Below are positions 57,675 through 60,689 of a stretch of DNA of 60,689 bases, one piece after another. The stretch comes from Chthoniobacterales bacterium (lineage in GTDB: Bacteria > Verrucomicrobiota > Verrucomicrobiia > Chthoniobacterales > Chthoniobacteraceae): assembly GCA_038240495.1 (NCBI GenBank), contig JBBSDS010000001.1, forward strand, positions 1 through 60,689, read 5' to 3'. The translations under genes were made by a program, and so were the position numbers. The notes under the pieces are model-generated. The model searched no databases, was not told the DNA's origin, and saw nothing but the letters and a program-made list of their open reading frames with translations. Every line of letters begins with the position of its first letter. The stretch's first letter is position 1.

Positions 57675-59150
57675 TCATGGCGCGACGACGAAGGATCGCG
57701 TTCGTCCGCGGCAGATGAAAAGCAGCGCGCGTTCATCCTGCGAAACGGCTTGGACGAGGCGTTCGTACTCGGCGACCGAGCCGACCGGTCGGTGGTTAAT
57801 TTCCTCAATGACATCGCCAACGCGGAGTTTTTCGGCGGCGGGTGCGTCCGGCTGAATCTGCGTGACGACCACACCTTTGACATCCCCCGGCAAAGCGTCG
57901 CGGACCGCTCCGGGGATTTCTCCGACTTCCAAGCCGGTGAAGGCGTTGGAAGTGGCGACGGGCGTTTTGGGTGTCTGCGGAAGCTTGGCCGGACCAAGGC
58001 TCGCGGGTGTTTCAACGATCTCGGTGGTGAATGACTGCTCCTGGCCGTTTCGCACGACGCCGATTTGCACCTGAGCATTGAGCTCGGTTTCTGCGACGCG
58101 GCTGCGGAGGGAGAGAATGTCTGTCACCGGCCGGTCATTGAAGCGGCGGATGACGTCGCGCGGTTTCAGCCCCGCCTTTTCGGCAGGCGAGCCCGGCAGC
58201 ACTTCCGTGACGACCGCGCCCCCCGCGTCGCGCAAGCCAAGTTCGCGCGCGATGTCCGGTGTGAGATTGACCATCGTCACGCCGAGGTAGCCGCGGATAA
58301 TGCGACCGTTTTTCAAAACGCTCTCGAGGGCGCGGCGCGCGACATTGGCCGGGATTGCGAAGCTGATGCCGAGCCACGAACCTTCTTCCGAGTTGGAAAA
58401 GATGGCGCTGTTGATGCCGATGATTTCGCCCCGCAAGTTGAGGAGCGGTCCGCCGGAGTTGCCCTGATTTACAGCCGCGTCGGTCTGGAGAAATTCGACG
58501 CCGCTGTCGGCCATTGCCCGGCGGCCTTTGGCGCTGATGATTCCCTGCGTCACCGTTTCCTGGAGACCGAAAGGATTGCCGACGGCGAAGACCATCTGGC
58601 CGACGCGGACATGATCGCTGTCGCCGAGTGGCAGCGGCTCGATGTTTCGGGCTTCGATTTTCAAAACGGCGATGTCGGTCTGCTCGTCGGTGCCAATGAG
58701 CTGCGCGGGCTCGACGCGACCGTCGGTGAGTTGGACCTCGATCTTATCCATGTTCGCGATGACGTGATGGTTGGTGAGGATGTGGCCTTCTTTTGAGACG
58801 ATGACGCCCGAGCCGAGCGAGGTCTGCACACGCTCTTGCGGCGAACGCGGACGGTGATTGCGGAAGAAAAACTCAAACGGGTCGATGACCGCGGAGCCCG
58901 GTATTTGCACGCGTCGCGAAGTGGTGATGCTCACGACTGACGGGATGACGGCATCGACGAGCCGCGTGTATTCGCTGTCGAGCGCGGCGAGCACCTGCAC
59001 GTCTTTCGGGTCGATTTTCGGTCCCTCGGCCGGGGTGTACTTTTCGGCTGTGCGGTGCTCGCTGTGCAGTTGGGAATTCAGTCGCTGCCAGCGGAAGACG
59101 CCAAAGGCGATGAGCGCGGCGACGAGGAAAATGAAAAGCGAGCGACGCAT
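57675..59150 (-). CDS. degP: HtrA/DegP (Do) serine endoprotease with two PDZ domains
   Basis: GSGVI, TNHHV, TDIAV, QTDAAVNQGNSGGPL, PDZ (GYLGV; GSPAEKAGL). Confidence 0.92.
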   Translation of the reverse strand: MRRSLFIFLVAALIAFGVFRWQRLNSQLHSEHRTAEKYTPAEGPKIDPKDVQVLAALDSEYTRLVDAVIPSVVSITTSRRVQIPGSAVIDPFEFFFRNHRPRSPQERVQTSLGSGVIVSKEGHILTNHHVIANMDKIEVQLTDGRVEPAQLIGTDEQTDIAVLKIEARNIEPLPLGDSDHVRVGQMVFAVGNPFGLQETVTQGIISAKGRRAMADSGVEFLQTDAAVNQGNSGGPLLNLRGEIIGINSAIFSNSEEGSWLGISFAIPANVARRALESVLKNGRIIRGYLGVTMVNLTPDIARELGLRDAGGAVVTEVLPGSPAEKAGLKPRDVIRRFNDRPVTDILSLRSRVAETELNAQVQIGVVRNGQEQSFTTEIVETPASLGPAKLPQTPKTPVATSNAFTGLEVGEIPGAVRDALPGDVKGVVVTQIQPDAPAAEKLRVGDVIEEINHRPVGSVAEYERLVQAVSQDERALLFICRGRTRSFVVAP

Positions 59151-59157
59151 GAAAGAA

Positions 59158-60689
59158 TTAGCTGACTTGTGAAAGCATCAGTTTGCGACTTTCGGCAAGC
59201 ACGCGGCGATAGGGCTGGTTCTCCGGTCGAGCGAGTTGCGGGTCGCGTTCAAAGAGCAGAAAAGCGGCGTTGCGGGCGAGACGCATCAGTTCGTGATCGG
59301 CGAGCAGGTTGCCAATTTTGAGCGGCGCGAGACCGCTTTGCGCCGTGCCGAGAATGTCGCCGGGACCGCGCAGGCGGAGATCCGCTTCGGCAATCTCGAA
59401 GCCATCGCTGGTCTGTTCGAGGATCCGGAGTTTTTCCTCGGAGTCTTTCTCGGACTTCGGTGAGCGGAGCAGGATGCAGTAGCTTTTGTGTTTGCCACGC
59501 CCGATGCGCCCGCGGAGTTGGTGGAGTTGGGCAAGGCCGAAGCGCTCGGCGTTTTCGATGAGCATGAGGCTGGCGTTGGGCACATCGATGCCGACTTCGA
59601 TGACTGTGGTGGCAATCAACGCCTTGGTTTCGCCGCGACGGAACCGCTCCATGATCGCGTTCTTTTCCTCCGGTGGAATGCGGCCGTGGAGCAGCGCGCA
59701 GGGCATCGGCGCGAGGAGTTCCTGCCACTTCGCAAACTCATTCGCCGCGGCCTTGGCTTCGAGTTTTTCGCTTTCGTCGATGAGCGGATAAACGATGTAG
59801 GCCTGCCGCCCCGCTTCGAGATGCTCGCGAATGAATTTCACGGCCTCGGGCAGTTTCGCCGCTTCGCGAACGGCAGTGACGATTTTGCCGCGATGCGCGG
59901 GCAACTCGTCGAGCGTGCTCACATCGAGATCGCCGTAGAGCGTCATGGTGAGGGTGCGAGGGATGGGCGTCGCGGTCATGACGAGCACATCCGGCGCGAC
60001 GCCCTGCCCGCGCAACCGCGCCCGCTGCATGACGCCGAATTTGTGCTGCTCGTCGATGACCGCGAGCCCGAGCCGGGTGAAGCCCGCGCCTTCATAAAGC
60101 AGAGCATGCGTGCCGACGAGGAGGTGAGGCTCGGTGTCGGGGAGCAGCACCGATGGAGTGTCCGGGTGGAGCACGCCGCTGGCGTGCCGCTCGCGGCGGC
60201 CCGCCGCGAGCACTTCGTGCGCTGGCGCTTGTTTCTCGATGCGAAGACTCGGAAACCAGCACCAAGGATAATCTTCGCTTTCATCGACCACTTTGGAGTT
60301 CCACGGATTGGCCAAAATGTAGTGGTACTTTTCTTCGAGATCGCGGTCGGAACGCGTGAAACGATCGAACCATTCCTTTTGCCAAAGCGCGCCCGACTCG
60401 TCTTCCAATTTATTGATTTCATGCGCCGTCCACGATTTGATCGTGTGCATGATTTCCGTGAGGGAAAAGAAAACGGCGGAACCATCGTCCGCAGTTTCCT
60501 TGATCGATGGCTGGATGAGCAGATGGACGTGATCCGGCATCACGCAGGCCGCAAAGAGTTCGTAGCGCCGATCCTTCCAATGCAGGATTGATCCTAAAAC
60601 AATATCGCGCGCCGCTGGTGTGAGCCGGCGTGGATCGATGGTGTTGAAGGCGATCGCGTAAATCGCCCACGGGTGTTCGAAATGGGGGA
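59158..60689 (-). CDS. recG: ATP-dependent DNA helicase RecG (C-terminal part) in frame with a RAYT domain; 5' end outside the window
   Basis: GTHALL, IDEQHKFGV, MTATPIPRTL, QAYIVYPLI, TTVIEVGIDVPNA, AERFGLAQLHQLRGRIGRG, DGFEIAEADLRLRGPG. The frame is open to the window end. Confidence 0.93.
   Translation of the reverse strand, partial: PHFEHPWAIYAIAFNTIDPRRLTPAARDIVLGSILHWKDRRYELFAACVMPDHVHLLIQPSIKETADDGSAVFFSLTEIMHTIKSWTAHEINKLEDESGALWQKEWFDRFTRSDRDLEEKYHYILANPWNSKVVDESEDYPWCWFPSLRIEKQAPAHEVLAAGRRERHASGVLHPDTPSVLLPDTEPHLLVGTHALLYEGAGFTRLGLAVIDEQHKFGVMQRARLRGQGVAPDVLVMTATPIPRTLTMTLYGDLDVSTLDELPAHRGKIVTAVREAAKLPEAVKFIREHLEAGRQAYIVYPLIDESEKLEAKAAANEFAKWQELLAPMPCALLHGRIPPEEKNAIMERFRRGETKALIATTVIEVGIDVPNASLMLIENAERFGLAQLHQLRGRIGRGKHKSYCILLRSPKSEKDSEEKLRILEQTSDGFEIAEADLRLRGPGDILGTAQSGLAPLKIGNLLADHELMRLARNAAFLLFERDPQLARPENQPYRRVLAESRKLMLSQVS
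60161..60211. repeat. REP hairpin flanking the RAYT domain, translated within the recG frame
   Basis: tccgggtggagcacgc is identical to 10229-10244; hairpins gcacgcc-gct-ggcgtgc and gctcgcggcgg-c-ccgccgcgagc. Confidence 0.82.
60230..60689 (-). mobile_element. REP-associated tyrosine transposase (RAYT/TnpA-REP, Y1 HUH) domain
   Basis: PHFEHPWAIYAIAF...AACVMPDHVHLL (HUH)...IKSWTA...LWQKEWFDRFTR...YILANP...DYPW. Confidence 0.88.

Noticed and set aside
60130-60260. Intein interpretation of the recG insert
   Set aside because: No C-terminal His-Asn followed by Cys/Ser/Thr at the junction, and the insert has HUH transposase rather than HINT/LAGLIDADG motifs.

Overview
High-GC bacterial chromosomal segment. 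Gene content (PVC-type CxxCH heme/propeller proteins, Tol cluster, pectin enzymes) suggests Verrucomicrobia, possibly Chthoniobacter-like; this is inferred. About 50 CDSs: housekeeping genes (tolQRAB, amidase, nnr, sppA, thiL-tsaE-tsaB, ribD, infC, glpX, lutABC, degP, recG), a VapBC toxin-antitoxin pair, two Hsp20 genes, a pectin-use cluster, a two-component system, three tandem GT-C-like membrane glycosyltransferases and an FdhF/YdeP-fdhD pair. No rRNA, tRNA or CRISPR array was recognised. The main signal is a REP/RAYT-type system that enters protein-coding genes in frame. (i) An HUH/Y1 REP-associated tyrosine transposase (RAYT) domain plus a REP hairpin is translated in frame with the helicase core of RecG at the right edge, and that REP matches a free REP doublet at 10229-10356. 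(ii) A 91-bp palindrome is translated as a ~30-aa insert inside the gene at 10370-12889. (iii) A 136-bp MITE with an 8-bp target duplication carries a REP doublet and keeps the frame at the 5' end of an esterase gene. Many other palindrome families fill the intergenic spaces.
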